Below, one piece after another: positions 35,448 to 44,459 of a stretch of DNA of 64,000 bases (position 1 is its first letter; each line of letters opens with the position of its first letter). Source of the stretch: a virus. The notes below the pieces were generated by a model, which made no database searches, was not told the DNA's origin, and saw only the letters and a list, made by a program, of their open reading frames with translations. A program made the translations under genes and the position numbers. The stretch is from the IMG/VR virus record IMGVR_UViG_3300035136_000101; one strand, written 5' to 3'.

Positions 35448-35762
35448 GTGAAGCATTTAATTTTTACTGCAAAATACAACAGATTGATATCTAATAATGA
35501 AATTTTATCTATATTTCATGGTGCTTGTGAAAAAGCTAATGCTCATATTAGACGTTCTATGGAGTATTCTTTTTTCCCTGGTGGTTTTACAGCAATAGTT
35601 ATTTTGGCCGAGAGTCATGCTTCAATTCATACATGGCCAGAAACCGGATTGATAAGGGTTGATTATTTTTCTTGTTCTATGTCTCCCAATTTTGGTGATT
35701 TTATAGATTATTTTAGTGAAAGCGGATTTATTATGAACAAAGTTGATATTTTGGAGAGATGA
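35448..35762 (+). CDS. S-adenosylmethionine decarboxylase-fold (class 1b SpeH-like, pyruvoyl-dependent) decarboxylase
   Basis: AIVILAESHASIHTWPETGLIRVDYFSC matches the AdoMetDC processing and active-site motif (S)ESHxxIHTWPE...VDxFTCG; GTG start. Confidence 0.75.
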   Translation: MKHLIFTAKYNRLISNNEILSIFHGACEKANAHIRRSMEYSFFPGGFTAIVILAESHASIHTWPETGLIRVDYFSCSMSPNFGDFIDYFSESGFIMNKVDILER

Positions 35763-35769
35763 ACTACTA

Positions 35770-35809
35770 ATTAACTACTAAAAAGTTGAAAATTAGTAGT
35801 TTGATAAAA
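35770..35809. promoter_or_regulatory. 11-bp inverted repeat AACTACTAATT ... AATTAGTAGTT (operator-like)
   Basis: read directly; spacer of about 18 nt. Confidence 0.4.
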
Positions 35810-35826
35810 AAGATGAAGAATAAGTT

Positions 35827-35855
35827 GACAAATGCTTTTTGATGAATAAAATGGT
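35827..35855 (+). promoter_or_regulatory. sigma70-like promoter TTGACA-16-TAAAAT
   Basis: ttgacaaatgctttttgatgaataaaat read directly, upstream of 35897 and the RNA cluster. Confidence 0.35.
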
Positions 35856-35896
35856 TAGTAGATGGTTGGCAAGATGTAAACCAAAAGGAGAAAGAT

Positions 35897-36118
35897 ATGT
35901 CGGCAAATAGTTTTGATAAAGAAGAGTTTGCTAAAGAAGTATTTGGAGAAATTCTTGATGAGGTTATTGCTTGGATTCGAAAGGAATTAGATCCAAGTGA
36001 GGTTTTTTCTGAAGAAGTTTTAGTAGAGTGGGTGACAAGTAATAAAAAACCAGAAGAAGTGTTTTCTTTTGATGACCTCGAAAGGCTATGTAAACATATT
36101 GACAGAAGTGTAGATTGA
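35897..36118 (+). CDS. hypothetical acidic protein
   Basis: ORF track; RBS aaaaggagaaagatATG. Confidence 0.45.
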   Translation: MSANSFDKEEFAKEVFGEILDEVIAWIRKELDPSEVFSEEVLVEWVTSNKKPEEVFSFDDLERLCKHIDRSVD

Positions 36119-36177
36119 TATAGTTTAAGAGTAATTGTTGTAATTGTTCTTTGAAAAATTAATAAAGTGAATGATTT

Positions 36178-36525
36178 GGGGTCGATTTGGTTTCGACATT
36201 TGACTAGATTGATATTATGCATGTTCCGCTTTGGGTGTTCAGCGGATTAAAAAGAATGCTTGAATACAATCGTCAGACATAACGATAGCCAAGTTTGGGC
36301 TGAAGCTGCCTAAACCGTCCAAGTGCTGATTGCCTGTGTAGGTATAAGGGCGTCATTTTTACAGGATAGTGACCATTTTTCATGGGAAATGGTGAGCGAA
36401 AATTACCATGAAGAATTTGTATGTAGTTGTCTATCATTGCATGCAAATTATTTAGATAGACTAAACATGTGAAGATTAATATTGAGATGTCTAAATGGAC
36501 TGGGGTTCGATTCCCCACGACTCCA
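36178..36525 (+). ncRNA. ssrA: tmRNA (SsrA-like)
   Basis: 5' GGGGTCGATTTGGTTTCGAC matches the tmRNA 5' consensus GGGGnnGAUUnnGnUUCGAC; 3' tRNA-like GGACTGGGGTTCGATTCCCCACGACTCCA, acceptor pairs with the 5' end; internal frame ending NDSQVWAEAA-TAA resembles tag peptides (ANDENYALAA). Confidence 0.65.
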
Positions 36526-36532
36526 ACTATAT

Positions 36533-36742
36533 GGGAATGATGTGTGGTGGGACACACTGGAAATGGTCAACGAGGCTCTTCAAGTAAGTTGTAAGATATT
36601 TATACCTAACCGCATAGGCGAATGATATCTTATGGGTTAATACTGAACAAAGATGCGTTCCAAGCTTTCATGATTTATCTGGCGAGATTTATTGTGTAAA
36701 GATTCCATAAACTCGTTTCCGGTTCGAATCCGGACATTCCCC
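36533..36742 (+). other. tRNA-like element with canonical T-arm (TCCGGTTCGAATCCGGA) but 210-nt span; possible intron-containing or degenerate tRNA
   Basis: acceptor 3' CATTCCC pairs with GGGAATG at 36533; D-arm-like GTGTGGTGGGACAC; boundaries uncertain. Confidence 0.3.
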
Positions 36743-36754
36743 TAGTAATATTGG

Positions 36755-36873
36755 ATACTGTATGTGTCAGGTGGCACAGTTCTGCATGGAGAACTTCTTG
36801 AGACAAATAACCTATAACCAGTGAGTGCTGATCAAAAAATGTCAAAGAGAAATGGTTCGATACCAGCAGTATC
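36755..36873 (+). other. tRNA-like element (T-loop TTCGATA; 119-nt span)
   Basis: acceptor ATACTGT/GCAGTAT pairing; 5' part resembles the previous element (AT GTGT ..GGTGGCACA); weak T-stem. Confidence 0.25.
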
Positions 36874-36916
36874 CTAAAATTTTAAAAATATTTTTAATAT
36901 ATTAGGAGATATAAAA

Positions 36917-37105
36917 ATGGATAAGAAAACAGCATGCAAGACGGTCGTGTTGCATCTATGTGATGAACCATATAAAGAATGTGATTTTTATGTAGATGAC
37001 CATATGAGGTGTAAGTATAGGGGATATGGAGATGGAAGATGCTTATGTGAAGAAGCATGGATAGAGAATATAAAAAAGGAAAATAGTAAACCCAAAGATG
37101 GCTAA
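36917..37105 (+). CDS. small Cys-rich hypothetical protein
   Basis: ORF track; RBS aggagatataaaaATG. Confidence 0.4.
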   Translation: MDKKTACKTVVLHLCDEPYKECDFYVDDHMRCKYRGYGDGRCLCEEAWIENIKKENSKPKDG

Positions 37106-37226
37106 TTTAAGGGTTATAGATGAATGGCTTTATATTGAAGTGTTCGAAGCAGTGGCAAAATGAACACGAAAAAAAGATCTGCCATTGAGGAATTTTCCAT
37201 GTTTGCCTTTAAAAAAACATGGTTAT

Positions 37227-37301
37227 CGGGATGTAGCGCAGTCTGGTTAGCGCACTTGATTTGGGGTCAAGGGGTCATAGGTTCGAATCCTATCATTCCG
37301 A
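37227..37301 (+). tRNA. tRNA-Pro (anticodon UGG)
   Basis: full cloverleaf drawn by hand: acceptor CGGGATG/CATTCCG, D-arm GCGC-AGTCTGGTTA-GCGC, anticodon stem CTTGA/TCAAG with loop TTTGGGG, T-arm ATAGG-TTCGAAT-CCTAT; 75 nt. Confidence 0.85.
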
Positions 37302-37599
37302 CGAGGAGCAGCCTCAAAACTGCAATATAGGTGAAAGTCCTTAAGGATGTTAACGATGTGAGAACATTTAAGTGTTGTTTTCCTCTGGCGAATTGGCTAA
37401 GTCATGAAACCACAAGGCATCCTTGCCACTGTTGCTGTGCAGTATCACAGTGTCTATGTCCTATAATCAGTTTGTTTTAGAAGACGTTCTAGACAAAGAT
37501 GAATAAGGAGTAGACCGGGTTTGCTGATTGTCCGAGAAACGAATTAGACCTATATGGAGTGAGCCATACAGCTTGGTGCGATGCCAGGCATTTAAATAT

Positions 37600-37759
37600 T
37601 GGCCAATGGCGGAAAGGTATACGCATCAGAAGTGACCGGTTGTTGTCAGATTAGCTGTTTGATATACAGAAAGGGTCCCAGCCATGTATAGTTATATATA
37701 TGGTAAAAGTATGATATTAGGGTGCACACTAATTGTAGGTTCGAATCCTACTTGGCCAA
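37600..37759 (+). other. tRNA-like element with canonical T-arm (GTAGGTTCGAATCCTAC), 160-nt span
   Basis: acceptor 3' TTGGCCA pairs with TGGCCAA at 37600; internal structure unresolved. Confidence 0.3.
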
Positions 37760-37813
37760 CTGAAAATAGATATATTGTAAGGAAATGAAGAAATAGGTAG
37801 ATTAGGACATTTT

Positions 37814-38056
37814 ATGAATCATTGGCGAAATCGTGTTTTTTATAAATTAGGTCTTATGTTTGACCCAATAATTATGGTGGATAACAGCAGGAATTCTAAA
37901 TGTCTTAGTCGTGGTTATCATGAATGGGTATGGGATGAAATAAGATGTGATTTACCAAGAAATATAAAATGTAAGCAGTGTTCTAGTGTGGCGATTTTTC
38001 ATTCTGCTGATTGGGATAAAGTTGATGAGTTTTTTAAGGAATATTTTGGTTGTTAA
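37814..38056 (+). CDS. hypothetical protein
   Basis: ORF track. Confidence 0.4.
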   Translation: MNHWRNRVFYKLGLMFDPIIMVDNSRNSKCLSRGYHEWVWDEIRCDLPRNIKCKQCSSVAIFHSADWDKVDEFFKEYFGC

Positions 38057-38071
38057 TGGAGGATTTATTTT

Positions 38072-38560
38072 ATGAGAATTGCTGAAGAAATATTAGAAAG
38101 AATTAAAGTAGAACAACAGAATGATATTTTAGAGTTAGCGATAGGTGATTTAATAGGGGTTCTTACGTTTGAGGAGGCGAAGAGTATACGCAAAAAGGAT
38201 ATTACTAAAGAGGATTGGGGAGAGGTATTAAGTAGGGATATTGAAAATGTAAAGAAACGACTTGTTGATTATTTGCCTTTTGCTATAGAAAAGGCGCTTG
38301 ATCATAGAGGTATTTCATCATTTAGAAGTGTCGCACATATGAGGACTTATGTATGGTTAATTGGTGATGATGAGGCATTGAAGTTCGTTGAGGATTCATC
38401 TAATTATCCTCAGTATGGTGTTCCAGTTTTAAAATATTTAGCTGATAGATATAATTTTGATTATAAAAACATTCTAGATGAAGAAGAATTAAGAATGTTT
38501 TTAAATATGTCGAAGGGTTTGTCATGTAAGGAAGATTGTGATATGGGTTGTGGAAGATGA
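38072..38560 (+). CDS. hypothetical protein
   Basis: ORF track; RBS ggaggatttattttATG. Confidence 0.45.
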   Translation: MRIAEEILERIKVEQQNDILELAIGDLIGVLTFEEAKSIRKKDITKEDWGEVLSRDIENVKKRLVDYLPFAIEKALDHRGISSFRSVAHMRTYVWLIGDDEALKFVEDSSNYPQYGVPVLKYLADRYNFDYKNILDEEELRMFLNMSKGLSCKEDCDMGCGR

Positions 38561-38616
38561 AAATGATTGTGAGTATCCCATTTCATGGGGAGACTAATAA
38601 CAGTTGAAGGAGATTT

Positions 38617-39204
38617 TTGATGGAAGAAGAAAAAAAAGGAAAGAGTGAGATTAGTATTAGAGCCGAAAAGATGGCTAACGAGATTTGGGAAAAGGCATCT
38701 GCTGTTAATACTGATTGGTATGCAGATTTGGTTTTGAGACTAGAAAAGTCAATGAAGAGAGTACAAGAGAAACGTGATTTTGAAAAATATATGAAAGATG
38801 GAGTGCGTTTTGTTACAGAGAATTCTGATAAGATTTCTATGTACAAGATTGTGATGCCAGATCTTAAATGTATTATTGGTGTTGGAATTATGGCGAAAGA
38901 TGATTCTCGTAGGAGATTTAATGTTTCAACATGTATTTGTGCTCCTCCTGATTTTGATAGATGGAGTGATAAAACAGCGAAAGGATATATTGGTAATAGA
39001 CTCAGAGAATTTGGTTATGAAATAGAATATGATTCTCATATTGATGAAGCAAAAATTGTTATTGGTATTTATTTTAGGATTATGAGTGATGCTTTGTTGA
39101 ATTTTTTAGGACCAGCATTTTTAAGAAAAAAAGTTCAAGCATGGGGAAAAACATCGTTCTATTTTGAAAAAATTAAATTGGGTAGAAAACTGGATTTAAA
39201 ATGA
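38617..39204 (+). CDS. hypothetical protein
   Basis: ORF track; RBS gaaggagatttttgATG. Confidence 0.45.
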   Translation: MMEEEKKGKSEISIRAEKMANEIWEKASAVNTDWYADLVLRLEKSMKRVQEKRDFEKYMKDGVRFVTENSDKISMYKIVMPDLKCIIGVGIMAKDDSRRRFNVSTCICAPPDFDRWSDKTAKGYIGNRLREFGYEIEYDSHIDEAKIVIGIYFRIMSDALLNFLGPAFLRKKVQAWGKTSFYFEKIKLGRKLDLK

Positions 39205-39464
39205 TTGAACGAAAGTATCAGTATGATTATAAATGTCCCTTTTGTGATTCAGTGGAGTGGGAGGATTTAACAGAAGAGGGTGAAGTGCTTATGCTGAGTA
39301 ATCATAAAGAAGTTGATATAAATGAATTAGCTGGTGGTAATTGGAGTGCAAGGTTACCTGAGAGATGGGTTGGTTCTGTTCAGAAACCATATATTAATGG
39401 TATTCCGATTCGTGGTATAACATGTAAGAAATGTGGTAATTTGGCATTTTTTTCGATTTTTTAA
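39201..39464 (+). CDS. small zinc-ribbon protein
   Basis: CPFCDS ... CKKCGN. Confidence 0.4.
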   Translation: MIERKYQYDYKCPFCDSVEWEDLTEEGEVLMLSNHKEVDINELAGGNWSARLPERWVGSVQKPYINGIPIRGITCKKCGNLAFFSIF

Positions 39465-39494
39465 TGAAGTTTTATTTGTTTTGCCTCCTTCAAG

Positions 39495-39734
39495 GTGGAG
39501 AGAATGACAACGAAATATCAGCGCTTTTTATTGGAACACTCACTCGGCGGAAAAGACCCTAAAAAGTGGTATCGAAATCATTTTGTTGCAAGCCCCGGTC
39601 ATACCGATTTAACAGACATCCGGGAGCTTGAAAAAGCCGGTTTCATGAAACAGATAAAAGCCCCGGAATTCTGTGACGCCGATTCAATGCTTTTCGTCGT
39701 AACGGACGACGGGAAAAAGTTCTTGTCCGGATAA
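39495..39734 (+). CDS. hypothetical protein encoded in a GC-richer island
   Basis: noticeably higher GC and different codon choice (CCC, CCG, CGG) than neighbours; RBS aaggtggagagaATG. Confidence 0.4.
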   Translation: MERMTTKYQRFLLEHSLGGKDPKKWYRNHFVASPGHTDLTDIRELEKAGFMKQIKAPEFCDADSMLFVVTDDGKKFLSG

Positions 39735-39905
39735 GTCTTTGGATGACTATAAACTCATCATGGTGGAGGTGCAAAAGCAACTATAGCTAATATATCATGA
39801 TGATATATTGCAACCTGTCCTGGGGTTGTTGCAACATGAATTAATTAAGGTTCTCACATTTTCACTGTTTCATGTCCAGGACATTTTTAAAAAAAACGAA
39901 GGATA

Positions 39906-39940
39906 AAGCCTAGCAAATGATGATTTGTTAGGCTTTTTTA
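39906..39940 (+). terminator. rho-independent terminator
   Basis: 12-bp stem AAGCCTAGCAAA / TTTGTTAGGCTT, loop TGATGA, followed by TTTTTTA. Confidence 0.55.
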
Positions 39941-40032
39941 TTTATTCTGTTATATTTCTATAATATCATATCAGTTGCAGTAGGTTTGGAATTGAGTATA
40001 ATGGATAGTAGTATGGTAGGTTGCTGCTATTT

Positions 40033-40048
40033 GCGAACTCGAGTTCGT
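40033..40048. promoter_or_regulatory. 16-bp palindrome variant GCGAACTCGAGTTCGT (copy 8), 22 nt upstream of the terS-like ATG at 40071
   Basis: read directly. Confidence 0.75.
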
Positions 40049-40070
40049 AGCTTGTTGATGGAGTTGATAG

Positions 40071-40721
40071 ATGGATAGAGATATAGTTAAAAGGGAGAAA
40101 TTTTCTAAAATAAAAAAGCTTCGTTGTTTTCAGAGAGTGCATGAGATGTTATCTCATGGTTATCCTGCACCAGGGGTTGCAAATTTTATTAGAGAACAGG
40201 GAGAATATCTGCATGTTAAAGAACAATCTTTAATTGAGGTACTTAGAAAATATAGACAAGAGATTCTTCCTGCAGATGTTTTGGTGACTAGACAGCCACA
40301 TGTTATTATTGATGCAAGAAAACAATATACTGATAAGTTGGAAGAGCTTCGTAGAATGGATGATTTGTATGAAGCTCTTAAATATGAGTTTGATGTTGGA
40401 CATGCTCAATTTAGAATGCATGGATTTTCAGATCAAGAGCATAGACATACCGCAAAAGCATTGATGGATTTAATTTATAAAATGCACATGGTCAAGATGG
40501 ATCTTGGTATTTCTGGTCAAAGAAATCTTGGTACGATAACTGTATCACCAGAGAGATTGGAAGAGATTCGTTTAAAATATGGTGATAAAGCAGCTAAGGC
40601 GATGTCTGATCCAGTAAGTAGAGCAAGAGTTATTGCTTATCTTAAAGCAGCACAAGATGCAGCTGGTTTGAAGGAAAAGGAAGATGCTGGAGAAATAATT
40701 GATGTTAAGGTTGAGAAATGA
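40071..40721 (+). CDS. putative terminase small subunit
   Basis: 216-aa gene immediately upstream of, and overlapping by 4 nt, the large terminase; position only. Confidence 0.45.
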   Translation: MDRDIVKREKFSKIKKLRCFQRVHEMLSHGYPAPGVANFIREQGEYLHVKEQSLIEVLRKYRQEILPADVLVTRQPHVIIDARKQYTDKLEELRRMDDLYEALKYEFDVGHAQFRMHGFSDQEHRHTAKALMDLIYKMHMVKMDLGISGQRNLGTITVSPERLEEIRLKYGDKAAKAMSDPVSRARVIAYLKAAQDAAGLKEKEDAGEIIDVKVEK

Positions 40722-42769
40722 TTACTACTGGTAAAAATGGAAGAAGATATTCAAAGACTACATTTGATGAAGCAGTTGGTATCATTGACCATATGAAACA
40801 GAATTTAACACCAGAAGAAAGATTGTTAGTTGATATTCTTGGTGAAGAGGAATTAGAAAATCAGGTTCTTGTTAAAGAAGGATTGTTTGGTCATATTTAT
40901 CATACTATTCCAGTTACTATGGAGCAATTTATTGATGATCCTTATTTTTTAGGTGAGTCATGTTCTACTATATATCCTGCAATAAAAGAAGATTTGATAG
41001 ATATGTTTGAACGTCCATATAGAGAGGTAATATTGACGGGATCTATCGGTGTTGGTAAAACTTATTGCCTTTCAATTGCGATTTGTAGGATTTTATATGA
41101 ATTATCTTGTATGATTTCACCACAAAAAACATTTGGTCTTTCATCTGGGTCTGAAATGGTGATTCCATTAATATCCAAAAATCTTACATTAGCTAGAGAA
41201 GTAATGAAATCAGCAGTTGATGATAAGATAAAAGAATCACCATATTTTATGACTAAGTTTGCTCCTAATATAAAACAAGATTATACTTTATTTCCTCATA
41301 ATATTAGAGTGAAAATTGGTTCATATGGGTCTGATAGAATTTTGGGTACAAATATTTTTAGTGCAGCATGCGATGAAACAAATTTTCCACCAAAGCGAAA
41401 AGGACAACAAATTGCTATAGGTTTTGGTCAGAAATTAAAGGCTGCTCATTTTGATATAGTTGAGAAGATATACAGAGGGTTAGTTAGAAGGATAAAATCT
41501 AGGTTTCAGAATGCAGGAGGGGGATTTCCTGGGATGGTGATTTTGGCGTCTTCTGCAGCTACTGTAGAGTCATTTACAGAAAGGAAGCTTAGAGAGAGTA
41601 AGGATGATCCTTTAGTTTTTGTTAGGGACCATACTCAATGGACTGCAAAGCCAAAGGAAGAATTCTGTGGTGAATTTTTTTATATCATATGTTCTACATC
41701 AGCAACGAAATCAAGGATTCTTAGAGAGGATGAATATGATGCTATAACTGATGAATATTTAGAAGCAAATGATGCTTTTATTATGGATATTCCTGTTGAA
41801 TACAAAGAAGATTTTGAATCAAATATGGAAGAGTCATTAAGGGATATTGCTGGCTTTTCTACAGAAGCTATTTCTCAGTTTGTGCAACGACCTAAAATGA
41901 TTTCTGTTTGCACCAATACAAATATTGTTCATCCTTTTGATAGAGAAGAATGGGTAGCTGGTGGTCCTGGTGTTATGGATTGGAATGCTTTAGTAGTAGA
42001 GATTGAAAGGAACTTGCCAGGTGGATTTAAGGAAAGAGCGTTTATGCCTAGGAGAAATCCATCAGCAATGCGTTGGTGCCATGTAGATGCGTCAACATCT
42101 GGTGATAGTTCTGGCTTGGCAATAGGACATATAGATAGGTGGGTAGAAGTAGTAAGAAGAGATTTGGAAGGATATGTTCATGTAGATCAGGAACCATATT
42201 ATATTATAGATTTTATGTTGAGAATTAATCCTCCACCAGCTGAACAGATTTATATGCCAGATATTAGGGTAATGATTTATGATTTTATGGTTCATGGTTT
42301 TAAATTTATTGGGTTTTCGTCAGATACTTATCAGCATGTTGAAATGCACCAACAGATATCTAGAAAAGGAATAAAACCACATATTGTATCTATGGATTCA
42401 TCTACTGAGGCTTATGATGAATTGAAATCGGCTTTTTATGAAAAAAGAATTGAGATATATTATTATGAACCTTTTATTGAAGAATTTAAAAAACTAGAGT
42501 ATGATCGTCTTGCTGGGAAGATTGACCATCCGTTGGCTGGCTCGAAAGATTGTAGTGACTCAGTTGCCGGAGTGGTTCAAGGATTAAAGAAAGCGGCATC
42601 TATGATGCCACTACAAGGTAGAATGGCGAAATCACCTAATCTTTCCCACGAGCATTCATGGGTGTCACCCCTGATTCCTGCTGATAAAGTTGATATAGAA
42701 GATGTGAAGGCTGCAAAAGAAGGGATAAGCAAAGAGGATTATTTGCCAATACTCTTTGATGGAGATTAA
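40718..42769 (+). CDS. terL: terminase large subunit
   Basis: Walker A LTGSIGVGKTY, Walker B-like NIFSAACDETNF, C-terminal RNaseH-like nuclease segment CHVDASTSGDSSGLAIGH. Confidence 0.85.
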   Translation: MITTGKNGRRYSKTTFDEAVGIIDHMKQNLTPEERLLVDILGEEELENQVLVKEGLFGHIYHTIPVTMEQFIDDPYFLGESCSTIYPAIKEDLIDMFERPYREVILTGSIGVGKTYCLSIAICRILYELSCMISPQKTFGLSSGSEMVIPLISKNLTLAREVMKSAVDDKIKESPYFMTKFAPNIKQDYTLFPHNIRVKIGSYGSDRILGTNIFSAACDETNFPPKRKGQQIAIGFGQKLKAAHFDIVEKIYRGLVRRIKSRFQNAGGGFPGMVILASSAATVESFTERKLRESKDDPLVFVRDHTQWTAKPKEEFCGEFFYIICSTSATKSRILREDEYDAITDEYLEANDAFIMDIPVEYKEDFESNMEESLRDIAGFSTEAISQFVQRPKMISVCTNTNIVHPFDREEWVAGGPGVMDWNALVVEIERNLPGGFKERAFMPRRNPSAMRWCHVDASTSGDSSGLAIGHIDRWVEVVRRDLEGYVHVDQEPYYIIDFMLRINPPPAEQIYMPDIRVMIYDFMVHGFKFIGFSSDTYQHVEMHQQISRKGIKPHIVSMDSSTEAYDELKSAFYEKRIEIYYYEPFIEEFKKLEYDRLAGKIDHPLAGSKDCSDSVAGVVQGLKKAASMMPLQGRMAKSPNLSHEHSWVSPLIPADKVDIEDVKAAKEGISKEDYLPILFDGD

Positions 42770-42771
42770 AT

Positions 42772-44448
42772 ATGAGTTGGACAGATAGAATTAAAAAGCT
42801 TGTTCAAAGAGATAAAAAGGAACAGATAGTAGAAAAGGGGAAGGGATGGACTTTTGATGACCCATTTAGTTCTGTTTCAGGTAATTTAGTTGTTGATGCT
42901 GGATATACTAATTTAAAATCTGCGTTAACAATGGACCAATCATTATTGGCAAGGTTTGCTGATTATGAAAATATGGACGATTATCCTGAACTATCTTGTG
43001 CTCTCGATATTTTTTCAGATGATACAACTATTACGGATAATTTACGTGGTAAAACAATATGGGGTGAATCTAAAGATACGATTTTAAAAGATATTATTGA
43101 TGATTGTTTGCATAGGAGATTAAGAATAGAGGAAGATATTTGGCTTGCTATTAGAACATTATGTAAATACGGGAATGTTTATGCTGAAATTATAACAACG
43201 GATATTGGTGTTGTTGGGTTAAATTTTTTGCCAGTTCCAACTATGCGTAGATTGGTGACAATGAAGGGTGATCTTGTAGGTTTTATTCAAGATTTAAAAG
43301 GAAGATTTAATACTGAAGGTTTGGCTATAAATGATATTAATAAACTTAAGGAACAGACAAAAGAACGTGGAATGATTTTCTTTGAGCCTTGGGAAATTGT
43401 TCACTGGAGGCTTCAGTCTAAATTTACTAATTCATTATACGGGTATGCAGTTTTTGACGCAGCTAGGTGGGTATGGAAGCGTCTTGTAATGCTTGAAGAT
43501 ACAGCATTATTATATCAACTGACTAGGTCTCCAGGACGGTATGCTTTTTATATAGATACAGGAGATTTGCCTCCTGATGAAGCAATGGCGTTAGTTAAAA
43601 AGGTAAAACGACAGTATAAAAAACGAACACTTGTTAATCCGTCTACAGGAGAACTTGAATTTAGAAATAATCCTCTTAGTCCTGAAGATGACATGTGGAT
43701 TCCTACAAGAAGCGGTAAAGAGTCTGCAAGAGTTGATGTATTGTCTGGGCCAGATTGGCAATCAATGGATAGTATTGAGTACCTACGTGATAAGATGTTT
43801 ACGTCCATTAAGATTCCACGTAGTTATTATGGTGGTGATGCTGAAGCAGAGCAAGGACTTGCACAAAAGGATGTACGATTTGCACGTACATGTATGAGGA
43901 TTCAGAGAGAATTTAGAAATGGTATACGTCAGATACTTCGTGTTCATTTGGCTGCAATAAATATAGATCCTGATACGGTTGAATGGGATACACGAATGAC
44001 TATGCCGTCAAGTATTTTTGAATTACAGCAGATAGAAGTTATGAATGCACAAGCAGGTTTGATAGAAACTCTATCTCAATTCTTCCCGAAAGAATGGTTG
44101 TTGCGTAGAATTCTTCACCTAAGTCAGGATGATGCTGTGTCAGTTGTTAATGATAAGATGAGTGAAGAAGAGAGAGCATTAATGGACCAAGCTAGGATTG
44201 CTTCATCAATAGAGAAAAGATATCCTGGAATAGATATTGGTGATGCAACTATTGCTGATGCTGGTCAAGAAGCCAGAAATGAAGAAGTTAAGTTTTCAAG
44301 AGAGATAAAAAAATTGACAGAAATGGTAAGTAAGTCTATGCAAGAGTCCAATAGGGTGATAAAAAAGTTAGAGGAAATGGATTTATCATCTAAAAGAGAT
44401 ACACGAAAGATTGATAATAGTATAAAATATATACGTAGGGTGAAATAG
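42772..44448 (+). CDS. putative portal protein
   Basis: 558-aa gene directly following terL; size and position only. Confidence 0.5.
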   Translation: MSWTDRIKKLVQRDKKEQIVEKGKGWTFDDPFSSVSGNLVVDAGYTNLKSALTMDQSLLARFADYENMDDYPELSCALDIFSDDTTITDNLRGKTIWGESKDTILKDIIDDCLHRRLRIEEDIWLAIRTLCKYGNVYAEIITTDIGVVGLNFLPVPTMRRLVTMKGDLVGFIQDLKGRFNTEGLAINDINKLKEQTKERGMIFFEPWEIVHWRLQSKFTNSLYGYAVFDAARWVWKRLVMLEDTALLYQLTRSPGRYAFYIDTGDLPPDEAMALVKKVKRQYKKRTLVNPSTGELEFRNNPLSPEDDMWIPTRSGKESARVDVLSGPDWQSMDSIEYLRDKMFTSIKIPRSYYGGDAEAEQGLAQKDVRFARTCMRIQREFRNGIRQILRVHLAAINIDPDTVEWDTRMTMPSSIFELQQIEVMNAQAGLIETLSQFFPKEWLLRRILHLSQDDAVSVVNDKMSEEERALMDQARIASSIEKRYPGIDIGDATIADAGQEARNEEVKFSREIKKLTEMVSKSMQESNRVIKKLEEMDLSSKRDTRKIDNSIKYIRRVK

Positions 44449-44459
44449 GAGATTTTCAC

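Noticed and set aside
35448-35762. Alternative reading of the ESH...IHTWPE protein as a generic small hypothetical
   Set aside because: The motif set (processing Ser after Glu, IHTWPE, VD.F.C) is highly specific for the AdoMetDC class 1b fold.
36533-36873. Calling the over-long T-arm-containing elements confident tRNAs with specific anticodons
   Set aside because: Hand-folding gave no consistent anticodon stem; only the acceptor and T-arm pair cleanly. They are reported as tRNA-like 'other' features pending covariance-model analysis.
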